In this document: piece after piece, positions 9,667 to 18,736 of the stretch
Position numbering within the stretch: the stretch's first letter is position 1
Layout of the letters: each line of letters begins with the position of its first letter
Assembly (NCBI GenBank): GCA_965140705.1
Contig: OZ223300.1
Span: 800,001 to 864,000 of the forward strand
Length of the DNA stretch: 64,000 nucleotides
Direction: 5' to 3'
From: an uncultured Arcobacter sp.
Lineage (GTDB): Bacteria > Campylobacterota > Campylobacteria > Campylobacterales > Arcobacteraceae
Translations under genes and position numbers: made by a program
Notes under the pieces: generated by a model
The model's input: only the letters and a program-made list of their open reading frames with translations
Told to the model about the DNA's origin: nothing
Databases searched by the model: none

Positions 9667-10329
9667 TTATGAAGAATAGTATCTTTCTACTTTATATCCA
9701 AGTCCTCTAATATTTTTTATAAAGTCTTCTTTTAATGTTTTTTTTAATCTTGAAATTTCTGCTCTAATTGTAGGATTGTCAATATCTTCTGCATCCCAAA
9801 CATCAACTCTAAATCTTTCGAAATCTACAATCATATTTATATTGAGTGCAAGTATATGAATTATTTCTAATTGTTTTTTAGTTAAGCTTTGTGCTTCATT
9901 ATTAAAATATAAAATTTTATCAGTTTTAGAATATGAATAGTTCTCAGAAAATTTTATATGTGAAGTAGTCTGTTTGTCTTTTTTTAATATTTGATTGATT
10001 TTAATACCAAGTTCTTCTAAGTGAAAAGGTTTTTTTATATACTCTCTACAACCTAAATTATATGCCTTTGTAATATCTTCTATATCTATAAGTGCTGTAA
10101 TAAATATTGTAGGTATAAATGTATTTTGTTTATTTAAAGTATCTAAAATATCAAAGCCATTTACTGTTGGAACATTTACATCTAAGATTAATAAATCATA
10201 AGATGTATCTACATTATCTAAGACATCTTGCCCATCTGTAAAACTAGTGACTCTATGTCCAATATTAGATAAGTATTCACTTATGGCATTGTTTAACATC
10301 ATTTCATCTTCAAGAAGTAATATTTTCAT
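9667..10329 (-). CDS. OmpR/PhoB-family response regulator
   Basis: Start moved to MKILLLEDE; LLILDVNVP, KPF and winged-helix IKNIRGLGY motifs. Confidence 0.92.
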   Translation of the reverse strand: MKILLLEDEMMLNNAISEYLSNIGHRVTSFTDGQDVLDNVDTSYDLLILDVNVPTVNGFDILDTLNKQNTFIPTIFITALIDIEDITKAYNLGCREYIKKPFHLEELGIKINQILKKDKQTTSHIKFSENYSYSKTDKILYFNNEAQSLTKKQLEIIHILALNINMIVDFERFRVDVWDAEDIDNPTIRAEISRLKKTLKEDFIKNIRGLGYKVERYYSS

Positions 10330-11890
10330 TTGTTGTAAACCTATATGTAAATTTTGTATTCTCATTTGTTGAATCTAAGTTAATTATAACCTTATTCTTA
10401 TCACAAATTTCTTTTACGATTCTAAGACCCAATCCAAAGCCACCTCTAGCATCATTTTCCCTATAAAAATCATCAAATATTTTTTTAGTATTTTCTATTT
10501 TTTTAGAAATTGTTTTAACTTCAAAAGTTATTCCTAAATCATCTTTTAATAATTTTACATAAATAGGGGAATCTTTAAAAGAGTATTTAATTGCATTAGA
10601 AATATTGTTATCTAAAATTCTTTGTAATAGAGTTTTATTAAAGCTTATGAAAATAGGATCTTGAATATTAGTAACAAAAAATAGTGAATTTGATGTACAA
10701 ATATCATCAAAAAAGTCTAATCTATCTTTTAAATATTCGGAGAAATTTAGAATCTCTTTTTCATAATTTACTCTATCTTTTTTAATCATAAAAGATAAAT
10801 CATCAAAAATGTATTGAATAGTTTTTGCTCCACTTTCTATATTTCTTATATATTTATTAGTAGGATTATTCATTTTATAAAGGTCTAGATTTGTCTGTAT
10901 AATAGACAAAGGAGTATTTATTTCATGTACAGAATTTTTGATGAATTTTTTTTGTTTTTCAACTAATTGGGTTAATTGTTTTGTCTGTTTCGTAACAGTT
11001 GTCTCTAAGTGAGTATTTAAATCACTTAACATGTTGTTTTTGCCTTTCATACTATGTATAACATCATAAGCATAATTAGCAATAACTTTAAATTCCCCAA
11101 ATATAATTTTATTTTGATTTATAGGATTATCATTATCTTGAGAGTCTTTAAAATATTTTCTTATAGCTTTTACATCATTTACAATAAGAATAGTTGCATT
11201 TTTATATATAAAAACAGAATATAATACTAACATTATGGTTAATGATAAAATCTGAAGAGTATAGTTAGAAATTTTTTCATCATATTCAAGTTGTTTTTGC
11301 GCAACAATCTTATCCAATTCATTCAAATATACACCTGTTCCTACTGTCCATTTCCACGGTTCATAGGACAAGGCATATGATATTTTTTTTACTTCTTTTT
11401 TCTCTTTGTGATTAATCCATAGATATTCAACATATCCACCTGCATTATCTTTTGATACATTGATTAATTCTTTTACTAATTTCTTACCAGTTTTATCTTT
11501 GTAATTTAGAAGATTTTTACCAACTAACTCTTTTGATGCTGGATTGTATATAGCATTTCCAGAATAATCGTATATGAATAAATAGTGTTCTTGTTTATTT
11601 TTATCCCTCATATTTTCAATTGCTTCTAAAATATCTTTTTGAATCTCTTTTTGTGACTTTACATCTTTATATTTTTTGTCATAAAAATCTATAAAATTAA
11701 TTACATTTTCTATTTCATTTTTTATTTTATATTTTTGTTTACTTGCATAGTCAGTTTTTATTATTTCTATCTTTTCTTGAAAGTCATCAAAAGCATTTTC
11801 TATTATTATAAAAGTAAAAAATGATATTAGAATAATTATAAAAATAATACTATAAAGAATTAAGTGATAAAGAGATTTTGCTTTAATCAT
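10310..11890 (-). CDS. Sensor histidine kinase with single Cache-2 domain
   Basis: Start moved to MIKAKS because the longer ORF overlaps tRNA-Asp. TM, then YLFIYD...GKNLLNYKDKTGK...GGYVEYLW...WKWTVGTGVY, a second TM, H-box HEINTPL, N-box NAIKYS and G-box GFGLGL. Confidence 0.9.
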   Translation of the reverse strand: MIKAKSLYHLILYSIIFIIILISFFTFIIIENAFDDFQEKIEIIKTDYASKQKYKIKNEIENVINFIDFYDKKYKDVKSQKEIQKDILEAIENMRDKNKQEHYLFIYDYSGNAIYNPASKELVGKNLLNYKDKTGKKLVKELINVSKDNAGGYVEYLWINHKEKKEVKKISYALSYEPWKWTVGTGVYLNELDKIVAQKQLEYDEKISNYTLQILSLTIMLVLYSVFIYKNATILIVNDVKAIRKYFKDSQDNDNPINQNKIIFGEFKVIANYAYDVIHSMKGKNNMLSDLNTHLETTVTKQTKQLTQLVEKQKKFIKNSVHEINTPLSIIQTNLDLYKMNNPTNKYIRNIESGAKTIQYIFDDLSFMIKKDRVNYEKEILNFSEYLKDRLDFFDDICTSNSLFFVTNIQDPIFISFNKTLLQRILDNNISNAIKYSFKDSPIYVKLLKDDLGITFEVKTISKKIENTKKIFDDFYRENDARGGFGLGLRIVKEICDKNKVIINLDSTNENTKFTYRFTTNENITS

Positions 11891-11963
11891 ATTTTGTCCT
11901 GTTTTAAATAAAAGAGGATAGCAAATTTTAGATGATAAAGTGATTATGTGAGATTTTAAATAG

Positions 11964-12040
11964 TGGCGCGGCTGAAGGGACTCGAACCCTCGGCCTCCTG
12001 CGTGACAGGCAGGCGTTCTAACCAACTAAACTACAGCCGC
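11964..12040 (-). tRNA. tRNA-Asp(GTC)
   Basis: Minus strand GCGGCTGTAG...CTGTCAC...GGTTCGAGTCC...GCCA, 77 nt. Confidence 0.97.
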
Positions 12041-12055
12041 ACTATTATTTAAAAA

Positions 12056-12131
12056 TGGTGGTCGATATAAGACTCGAACTTATGACATCTACCTTGTAAG
12101 GGTAGCGCTCTACCAACTGAGCTAATCGACC
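12056..12131 (-). tRNA. tRNA-Val(TAC)
   Basis: Minus strand GGTCGATTAGCTCAG...CTTACAA...AGTTCGAGTCT...ACCA, 76 nt. Confidence 0.97.
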
Positions 12132-12134
12132 GAT

Positions 12135-12209
12135 TGGTGACCCCTAGGAGACTCGAACTCCTGTGATTGGAATGAAAATCCAAGATCCTAACCGCTAGAT
12201 GAAGGGGCC
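12135..12209 (-). tRNA. tRNA-Glu(TTC)
   Basis: Minus strand GGCCCCTTCATCTAG...TTGGA-TTTTCAT-TCCAA...ACCA, 75 nt. Confidence 0.97.
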
Positions 12210-12241
12210 AATCGAAATATTTGAAAATTTACTTTTAAAAG

Positions 12242-12317
12242 TGGTGACCCGTAATGGATTCGAACCATTGGCCCCCTCATTAAAAGTGAGATGCTCTACC
12301 AACTGAGCTAACGGGTC
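12242..12317 (-). tRNA. tRNA-Lys(TTT)
   Basis: Minus strand GACCCGTTAGCTCAG...CTTTTAA...GGTTCGAATCC...ACCA, 76 nt. Confidence 0.97.
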
Positions 12318-12326
12318 ATAAAAAAG

Positions 12327-12403
12327 TGGCGCGGCTGAAGGGACTCGAACCCTCGGCCTCCTGCGTGACAGGCAGGCGTTCTAACCAACTAAACTACAGC
12401 CGC
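12327..12403 (-). tRNA. tRNA-Asp(GTC), second copy
   Basis: Same sequence as 11964-12040. Confidence 0.97.
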
Positions 12404-12428
12404 ACAAATTTATTATAACACTTAAAAA

Positions 12429-12504
12429 TGGTGGTCGATATAAGACTCGAACTTATGACATCTACCTTGTAAGGGTAGCGCTCTACCAACTGAGCTAATC
12501 GACC
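12429..12504 (-). tRNA. tRNA-Val(TAC), second copy
   Basis: Same sequence as 12056-12131. Confidence 0.97.
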
Positions 12505-12507
12505 GAT

Positions 12508-12582
12508 TGGTGACCCCTAGGAGACTCGAACTCCTGTGATTGGAATGAAAATCCAAGATCCTAACCGCTAGATGAAGGGGCC
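12508..12582 (-). tRNA. tRNA-Glu(TTC), second copy
   Basis: Same sequence as 12135-12209. Confidence 0.97.
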
Positions 12583-12636
12583 AATCGAAATAATTTATAT
12601 TAAAAAAATCAATATAAAAATAAACATTTTAATTAA

Positions 12637-12712
12637 TGGTGACCCGTAATGGATTCGAACCATTGGCCCCCTCATTAAAAGTGAGATGCTCTACCAACTG
12701 AGCTAACGGGTC
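12637..12712 (-). tRNA. tRNA-Lys(TTT), second copy
   Basis: Same sequence as 12242-12317. Confidence 0.97.
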
Positions 12713-12734
12713 GTCTTAATTAAAATGGAGTGGA

Positions 12735-12763
12735 ATTATAAGAAAAAATTTTTTATTTGTCAA
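12735..12763 (-). promoter_or_regulatory. Consensus sigma70 promoter of the tRNA operon
   Basis: TTGACA (12763-12758), 17-bp spacer, TATAAT (12740-12735) on the minus strand; the -35 lies within the last codons of the CinA-family gene. Confidence 0.85.
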
Positions 12764-13259
12764 GGGTTTTTTGCAAAAATTTTGAAATTTTAAATAATGA
12801 ACTTTTTGCAGCTTGAAATTGTACTTCTTCTCTATTACCAAAAAATTGAAATATATCTATTTCTTGATAACCATCATCTCCCATTATTCCGATGATTACA
12901 TGACCTACAGGCTTGGTTTTTGTACCACCATTTGGTCCTGCAACTCCTGAGATGGCAATTGCATAATTTGCATCAAATTTTTTTATTACTCCACTTAACA
13001 TTTCCTTAACTGTTTCTTTGGAAACTGCTCCAAATTTTTCTAAGGTTTCATTTGATACATTTAGCTCTTGATTTTTTATTTTATTTGAATATGAAACTAT
13101 ACTTCCATTAAAGATATTTGAAGAACCAGATATCTTTGTTATCAATGAAGCAACTAAACCTCCTGTACAAGATTCAGCACAAGTAATGCTTTTATTATGT
13201 TTAAACAATAAGTTTTGCATATCAATCATATCTTGTTCATTAAATATCTCGTTAAACAT
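12753..13259 (-). CDS. CinA C-terminal / PncC-family NMN deamidase
   Basis: AESCTGG, GSS, YSN-x-x-K, GAVS and ISGVAGP motifs. Confidence 0.9.
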   Translation of the reverse strand: MFNEIFNEQDMIDMQNLLFKHNKSITCAESCTGGLVASLITKISGSSNIFNGSIVSYSNKIKNQELNVSNETLEKFGAVSKETVKEMLSGVIKKFDANYAIAISGVAGPNGGTKTKPVGHVIIGIMGDDGYQEIDIFQFFGNREEVQFQAAKSSLFKISKFLQKTLDK

Positions 13260-13275
13260 GTTATTCCTTTAATAT

Positions 13276-13308
13276 AAAAAAAGGGTATGAGAAGCCTCAT
13301 ACCCTTTT
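13276..13308 (-). terminator. Rho-independent terminator after mqo
   Basis: AAAAGGGTATGAG-AAGC-CTCATACCCTTTT hairpin with a T-run on the minus strand. Confidence 0.8.
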
Positions 13309-13327
13309 AAATAGTTATAAAACAATA

Positions 13328-14680
13328 TTATTCAGTTAAATCTGCTAAAAATTGTTTTTCATCAAATTCTAGGCCTAAATAATCAACAATATATCTTATG
13401 TCTCTTTCAGCATTTCCTAAACATGAAGTTGCCCCTGGGCTTGGAGTCATATTAAAAATAATTCCATTACCTGGGTTTATTGATGCTTCACCTAACATAA
13501 GTTTTTTTTCTGTTTTATTTAAAACCTGAGGTCTAACTCCTCCAAATCCTTTTGCATACTCTAAATCATCTTTAGTTAGTGAAGGAACAATTTTTCTTGC
13601 ATCTTTTACAAAAAGACCTTTATTTATTCCTGGTACTTCAAATAAGAAGTTTTTAAATACATAGTTTCTAATTTCACTATCTTTAACTAAATCCCACATG
13701 ATTTTCATAATGCTTCCATCGAAATTCATAGTTTTTATGCATTGGAAGAATGATTTTAAACCTTTATATCTTTCAAGTACTAATAATGCAAGTGCTGTTG
13801 GTCCAAATCTAGTCTTACCATCACATAAAATATCAGGGTCACCATGAAGTGCAGCAAATGGTAATTTTGGATTTTGCACCATATAAACTTTTCCATTTAA
13901 GAATTTATCATTTGTAAGATAAAAACTTCCCGCCATTGATAAAGAACCCATATCTTGTCCATATCCCATTTTATGAGCTAAGAATAAAGAATGTGCTCCT
14001 GCATTAACTACAACGAAGTCTGCTGTATAAACCGAACCACCTATTGTACTAACTTTAAATTTATCACCTATTTTTTCAATAAATTCAACTTCAGAGTTAT
14101 AATATATGTCAGTAATTTTTTCTGGATCAGCTTTTTGCCCAGCTTTTGCTAATTCTTCTGTCATTAAGCCATATTCAACAGTTGTATATTGATCACTAGC
14201 ACCCATAGCAATAATTGGTTCTGGTCTTTCTACTTTTCTCTCTTTATCAGCATAAACTAATAGAGGTTCTAGTTCTTTTAATTTTTCCTTATCCCATAAT
14301 TCTAAATATGGGAAAACTTCTTTAAATTCGTTATATCTATTTTTAATAAATTCAACTTCTTTTTCTCCAACACCTAAAGCCATCTTTTGATGTTTGAACA
14401 TAACTTTATCTTGTAAATTATATTGAAGACAAAATTTTTCAATCATCTTTGCAGTTCTTTTTGTGATTTTTGCTTTGTCTAATGTATAATTTGTTTCTAT
14501 GTCACCCACATGAATTGTTTGTGAGTTACTTGTACCTTTTGAGTTTAAAGTTGCCAAACTTTCATATTTCTCAAGCATACAGATGCTTTTAATATTTGTA
14601 TATTTCGCAAATTCATAGAATGTCGCAGCACCCGAAATTCCACCACCTACAACTAAAATGTCATAATGTTTATTACTCAT
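13328..14680 (-). CDS. mqo: Malate:quinone oxidoreductase (Campylobacterota type)
   Basis: GGGISG FAD motif, NSQTIHVGDIETNY, LPFAALHGD, GFGGVRPQ and MTPSPGATSCL. Confidence 0.85.
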   Translation of the reverse strand: MSNKHYDILVVGGGISGAATFYEFAKYTNIKSICMLEKYESLATLNSKGTSNSQTIHVGDIETNYTLDKAKITKRTAKMIEKFCLQYNLQDKVMFKHQKMALGVGEKEVEFIKNRYNEFKEVFPYLELWDKEKLKELEPLLVYADKERKVERPEPIIAMGASDQYTTVEYGLMTEELAKAGQKADPEKITDIYYNSEVEFIEKIGDKFKVSTIGGSVYTADFVVVNAGAHSLFLAHKMGYGQDMGSLSMAGSFYLTNDKFLNGKVYMVQNPKLPFAALHGDPDILCDGKTRFGPTALALLVLERYKGLKSFFQCIKTMNFDGSIMKIMWDLVKDSEIRNYVFKNFLFEVPGINKGLFVKDARKIVPSLTKDDLEYAKGFGGVRPQVLNKTEKKLMLGEASINPGNGIIFNMTPSPGATSCLGNAERDIRYIVDYLGLEFDEKQFLADLTE

Positions 14681-15009
14681 TGTTCAAATTCCTAAAATAA
14701 AATATAGCAAAATAATAGCATATATAATAAAAATTAATCTGAAATTTAGTATAAATTTATTGTCAAGTACAAAAATATTCTATTTAGTAACATTATATAG
14801 ATTACTTTTATGTTGTAGTTGTGTACATTAGAAACATCATATGCTACATTTTGTATAAAATATGAACATATAAGTACAATAATTGTACATTTTAATTTTT
14901 ATCTAATACTTTAAAAATGTATTATTTATTTAGTTTTTTTCATGATAACTTTATATTAAATTATCTTTGGATATAATCACCCAATTTTAAGAATAAGGTA
15001 ATTATAAAA

Positions 15010-17736
15010 ATGGATTACAAAGATAGTATATTACTTCCAAAAACAGATTTCCCAATGAGAGGAAATCTTCCTCAAAATGAACCATTAAGATATGAAAAAT
15101 GGGATAGTGAAAAAGTTTATGACAGAATGAAAGAGAATAGAAAAGGTGCTGAGTCTTTCACTTTACATGATGGACCACCTTATGCTAATGGGCATATTCA
15201 TATAGGTCATGCACTAAATAAAATTTTAAAAGATATAATTAATAAATTTCATTATTTTGATGGAAAATCAATTCGATATGTTCCAGGTTGGGATTGTCAT
15301 GGGCTACCAATTGAACAAAAAGTTGAAGAAAAAATAGGAAGCACTAAGAAAAAAGAACTTCCAAAATCAAAGTTAAGACAACTTTGTAGGGACCATGCAA
15401 CAAAATTTGTAGATATTCAAAGAAGTGAATTTAAACAATTAGGGGTTATTGCTGATTGGGATAAACCTTATTTGACTATGGATTTTAAATTTGAAGCAAA
15501 TATTTATAGGGAACTTTGCGCTATTGCAAAGCAAGGTTTATTGGTGCAAAGATCTAAACCTGTTTATTGGTCATGGGCAGCGCAAACTGCATTGGCTGAA
15601 GCTGAAGTTGAGTATGAAGATAAAACTTCACCTTCTATTTATGTTGCATTTAAACACGAAACTATGGATGCTAGTGTAATTATTTGGACTACAACACCTT
15701 GGACACTTCCTGCAAATACAGGTATTTCACTTAATGGTGAAGAAGAGTATGTTCTTACAAGTGATAAATTTATAGTTGCTAAAAAACTATATAATTCACT
15801 TATAGAAAATGAAGTGATTTCAGGAAAAGTTGTGGAAACAATTAATCCAAAAGATTTAGAAAATAGTTTTGCAATTAATCCATTAAATGATAGAAAATCT
15901 AAAATTATTTTAGGTGAACATGTAATGATGGATAGTGGTTCTGGAGCTGTTCATACTGCACCTGGTCATGGTGAAGATGACTACAAAGTAGGGCTTCTTT
16001 ATGATCTTGATGTAATTATGCCTGTTGATGCATATGGAAAATATGATGAAACAATTATTAGAGAAAAACTATTTAGAGATACTGAAAAATATTTAGGACT
16101 AAATGTATTTAAAGCAAATGATTTAATTCTTGAAGAGTTAGGTGATGCTTTATTAAAAAGAGTAGATATAAGACACTCTTATCCACATTGTTGGAGAACA
16201 CATACACCAATTATCTTTAGAGCAACTAAACAATGGTTTATTTCAATAGATGATAAATATGGGAAAGAGAATAAAACTTTAAGAGAAAATGCTTTAAATG
16301 TGGTAGAAAATCTTAAGTTTTATCCTGAGTGGGGAAGAAATAGATTAAAATCAATGCTTGATGGAAGACCTGATTGGTGTATTTCAAGACAAAGAGATTG
16401 GGGTGTTCCAATTGCCTTTTTTAGAAATAAAAAAACAGATGAAATTGTTTTTGATGAAAAAGTAATGAATTACACTGCAATGATTTTTGAACAAAAAGGG
16501 TGTGATGCTTGGTATGATTTAGAAATCAGTGAATTACTATATCCAGGAAGTGGTTTAAATCCGGATGATTTAGAAAAAACAACTGATATTTTAGATGTAT
16601 GGTTTGATTCTGGTTCTACTCAAAATGCAGTTTTAAGATCAAGAAATTATGATGCAGGAACATTTCCAGCGGATGTATATTTAGAAGGAAGTGATCAACA
16701 TAGAGGTTGGTTCCAATCTTCTTTACTTACTACTTTGGCATCAAGTGAAGTTGCACCTTATAAAGCTTTAGTTACTCATGGTTTTACTATGGATGAAAAA
16801 GGTGAAAAAATGTCTAAGTCTAAGGGTAATGTAATTGACCCTGCAAAAATCATGAAGCAGTATGGTTCTGAGATACTTAGATTATGGGTTGCAATGAGTG
16901 ATTACCAAAATGACCAAAAGATTTCAGATAATATTTTAAAACAAAATGCAGAACTTTATAGAAAAATAAGAAACACTGCAAGATTTTTATTAGCTAATAT
17001 TAATGATTTAGAAAATATTGTTGATATAAAAGATTTTGGTGTTTTAGACAAATGGATTATGAATAAATCAAAAAAAGTTTTTGATGAAATTGATGCTGCC
17101 TTTAGTGTTTATGAATTTTCAAAAGGATTAAATAAATTAAATAACTTTTTAGTTGTGGATTTATCTGGTATTTATTTAGATATTTGTAAAGATAGATTAT
17201 ATTGTGATGATAAGAATGATGTTCATAGAACTGCAGCTCAAAGTGCAATGGCATTAATTGCTAAAAAACTTTTAGTAATATTAGCACCAATTCTTACTTA
17301 TACTGTTGATGAATTATTAGAATATGCACCAGCAATTTTAAAAGATGATATTAATGATGTATTTGATTTAAATAAATTTGACTTCCCTGAAGTTGAAAGT
17401 AAGCTTAATGAAGAATATTTAATAAAAGTTAAAGAGAAGTTTTCTGAATCAGTTGATAAACTAAAAAAAGATAAAATAATAAAATCTACATTAGAACTTG
17501 ATATTTATACAAATTCTGATGATGTTCTTTCTTTAGATGCTATTGAAGCTGAAGATTGGTTCTTAGTTAGTACTATTTTAGATGCTAAACAAGAAGAAGC
17601 ATTAATCAGTTTTGAAATAGATGGAAAACTTTTTGAAGCATATAAAGCAAAAAATGCAAAATGTCCTAGATGTTGGAAATTTAAATCACAAAGTGAAGAT
17701 GAACTTTGTCCAAGATGTGATGAAGTTATAGGATAA
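15010..17736 (+). CDS. ileS: Isoleucine--tRNA ligase
   Basis: HDGPPYANGHIHIGH, GWDCHGLP, WCISRQR, KMSKS and a C-terminal CPRC...CPRC zinc finger. Confidence 0.98.
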   Translation: MDYKDSILLPKTDFPMRGNLPQNEPLRYEKWDSEKVYDRMKENRKGAESFTLHDGPPYANGHIHIGHALNKILKDIINKFHYFDGKSIRYVPGWDCHGLPIEQKVEEKIGSTKKKELPKSKLRQLCRDHATKFVDIQRSEFKQLGVIADWDKPYLTMDFKFEANIYRELCAIAKQGLLVQRSKPVYWSWAAQTALAEAEVEYEDKTSPSIYVAFKHETMDASVIIWTTTPWTLPANTGISLNGEEEYVLTSDKFIVAKKLYNSLIENEVISGKVVETINPKDLENSFAINPLNDRKSKIILGEHVMMDSGSGAVHTAPGHGEDDYKVGLLYDLDVIMPVDAYGKYDETIIREKLFRDTEKYLGLNVFKANDLILEELGDALLKRVDIRHSYPHCWRTHTPIIFRATKQWFISIDDKYGKENKTLRENALNVVENLKFYPEWGRNRLKSMLDGRPDWCISRQRDWGVPIAFFRNKKTDEIVFDEKVMNYTAMIFEQKGCDAWYDLEISELLYPGSGLNPDDLEKTTDILDVWFDSGSTQNAVLRSRNYDAGTFPADVYLEGSDQHRGWFQSSLLTTLASSEVAPYKALVTHGFTMDEKGEKMSKSKGNVIDPAKIMKQYGSEILRLWVAMSDYQNDQKISDNILKQNAELYRKIRNTARFLLANINDLENIVDIKDFGVLDKWIMNKSKKVFDEIDAAFSVYEFSKGLNKLNNFLVVDLSGIYLDICKDRLYCDDKNDVHRTAAQSAMALIAKKLLVILAPILTYTVDELLEYAPAILKDDINDVFDLNKFDFPEVESKLNEEYLIKVKEKFSESVDKLKKDKIIKSTLELDIYTNSDDVLSLDAIEAEDWFLVSTILDAKQEEALISFEIDGKLFEAYKAKNAKCPRCWKFKSQSEDELCPRCDEVIG

Positions 17737-17741
17737 TTTTT

Positions 17742-17852
17742 ATGTTTACACAAGAAGTAACACTTTTTACAATTTTTACAACAATAGCTATAATACTAGT
17801 TTTTATGGCTATTGGAATATTTTTTGTAAAAAATAAAAAGATAGAAGATTAA
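17742..17852 (+). CDS. Small 36-aa single-TM membrane protein (not in the ORF track)
   Basis: ATG 5 nt after the ileS stop, AGGA upstream; reads MFTQEVTLFTIFTTIAIILVFMAIGIFFVKNKKIED and fills the gap to the next gene. Confidence 0.6.
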   Translation: MFTQEVTLFTIFTTIAIILVFMAIGIFFVKNKKIED

Positions 17853-17863
17853 AGGTTTGAGAG

Positions 17864-18142
17864 ATGATGCCATTTAGTGATGAGGATTTATTTCCTGTTG
17901 TAAAGAATATAATTGATAATAAAATAGCACCTATGCTTGCACAAGATGGCGGTGCTATGTCTTTATTAGATGTTAAAAATGGAAAGGTATTTGTGCAGTT
18001 AAATGGTGCTTGTGTTGGTTGTAGTGCTAGTGGAAGTACATTAAAATATGTTGTTGAAAAAGAATTAAAAGCTGCAATTCATCCTGAATTGATTATAATT
18101 AATGTAGAAATAGGTATGGAAAATAGATTAGAGGAGTTATAA
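17864..18142 (+). CDS. NifU C-terminal / Nfu-type Fe-S carrier
   Basis: PMLAQDGG and LNGACVGC (CxxC) motifs. Confidence 0.9.
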   Translation: MMPFSDEDLFPVVKNIIDNKIAPMLAQDGGAMSLLDVKNGKVFVQLNGACVGCSASGSTLKYVVEKELKAAIHPELIIINVEIGMENRLEEL

Positions 18143-18736
18143 ATGATAAATGAAAAAAAATTATTAAATGATGCAAATAACTATTTTTTAGATAAAGAAT
18201 TTGATAAAGCAATGTTTATTTATGCTCAGTTATCATCAATTTTTAAATATAACAAAGAGTATCCTATATATGCACTATTTTGTGATATTGCAAATGATGA
18301 TGCAAATAAGGCATTATCATTATTTGACTATTTTACAGTTGCAAAAGATAAAGATATTGATGAAGCAATAGCCTATGTTCATAATGTAATTGATGCATAT
18401 GATGGGGATATTGATAAAATGATGGATATGTTAAAAGATTTAACAACTTCTACAGTTGATTCTTTGGATGCTATAAAATATGACGATTTTAAAACTTTGA
18501 TTGAGTCAAGAGGCTCTTTTAGAGTAGCTTTTGAAGATATAATGTTTTCTACTAAAGTTGCAATTGATTCAAAAGATGATTTTTTTGATTTTGTAACTAA
18601 ATTAATAGAAAATGATTTTAATACAACTGCATATTCATATCTTGAAGGTTTTAATGAATATTTTGCATATGATTCAAAAATAGAAGAGTTATATAAAATG
18701 TTAGAAGAAAAAAAACTTGCAACTTCACATAAATAA
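18143..18736 (+). CDS. Hypothetical acidic helical protein upstream of murE
   Basis: 197-aa ORF within the operon; F-x-VAFEDIMFSTKV segment; function not recognised. Confidence 0.7.
   Translation: MINEKKLLNDANNYFLDKEFDKAMFIYAQLSSIFKYNKEYPIYALFCDIANDDANKALSLFDYFTVAKDKDIDEAIAYVHNVIDAYDGDIDKMMDMLKDLTTSTVDSLDAIKYDDFKTLIESRGSFRVAFEDIMFSTKVAIDSKDDFFDFVTKLIENDFNTTAYSYLEGFNEYFAYDSKIEELYKMLEEKKLATSHK

Noticed and set aside
11891..12025. N-terminal extension of the histidine kinase ORF (MVRTPACHAGG...)
   Set aside because: It is translated tRNA-Asp and spacer sequence; the ATG at 11890 has an AGGA RBS.
11964..12712. Repeated GC-rich units that could be mistaken for a CRISPR array or an integration-site duplication
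   Set aside because: All are full-length tRNA genes ending in CCA; there are no cas genes, integrase or unique spacers.
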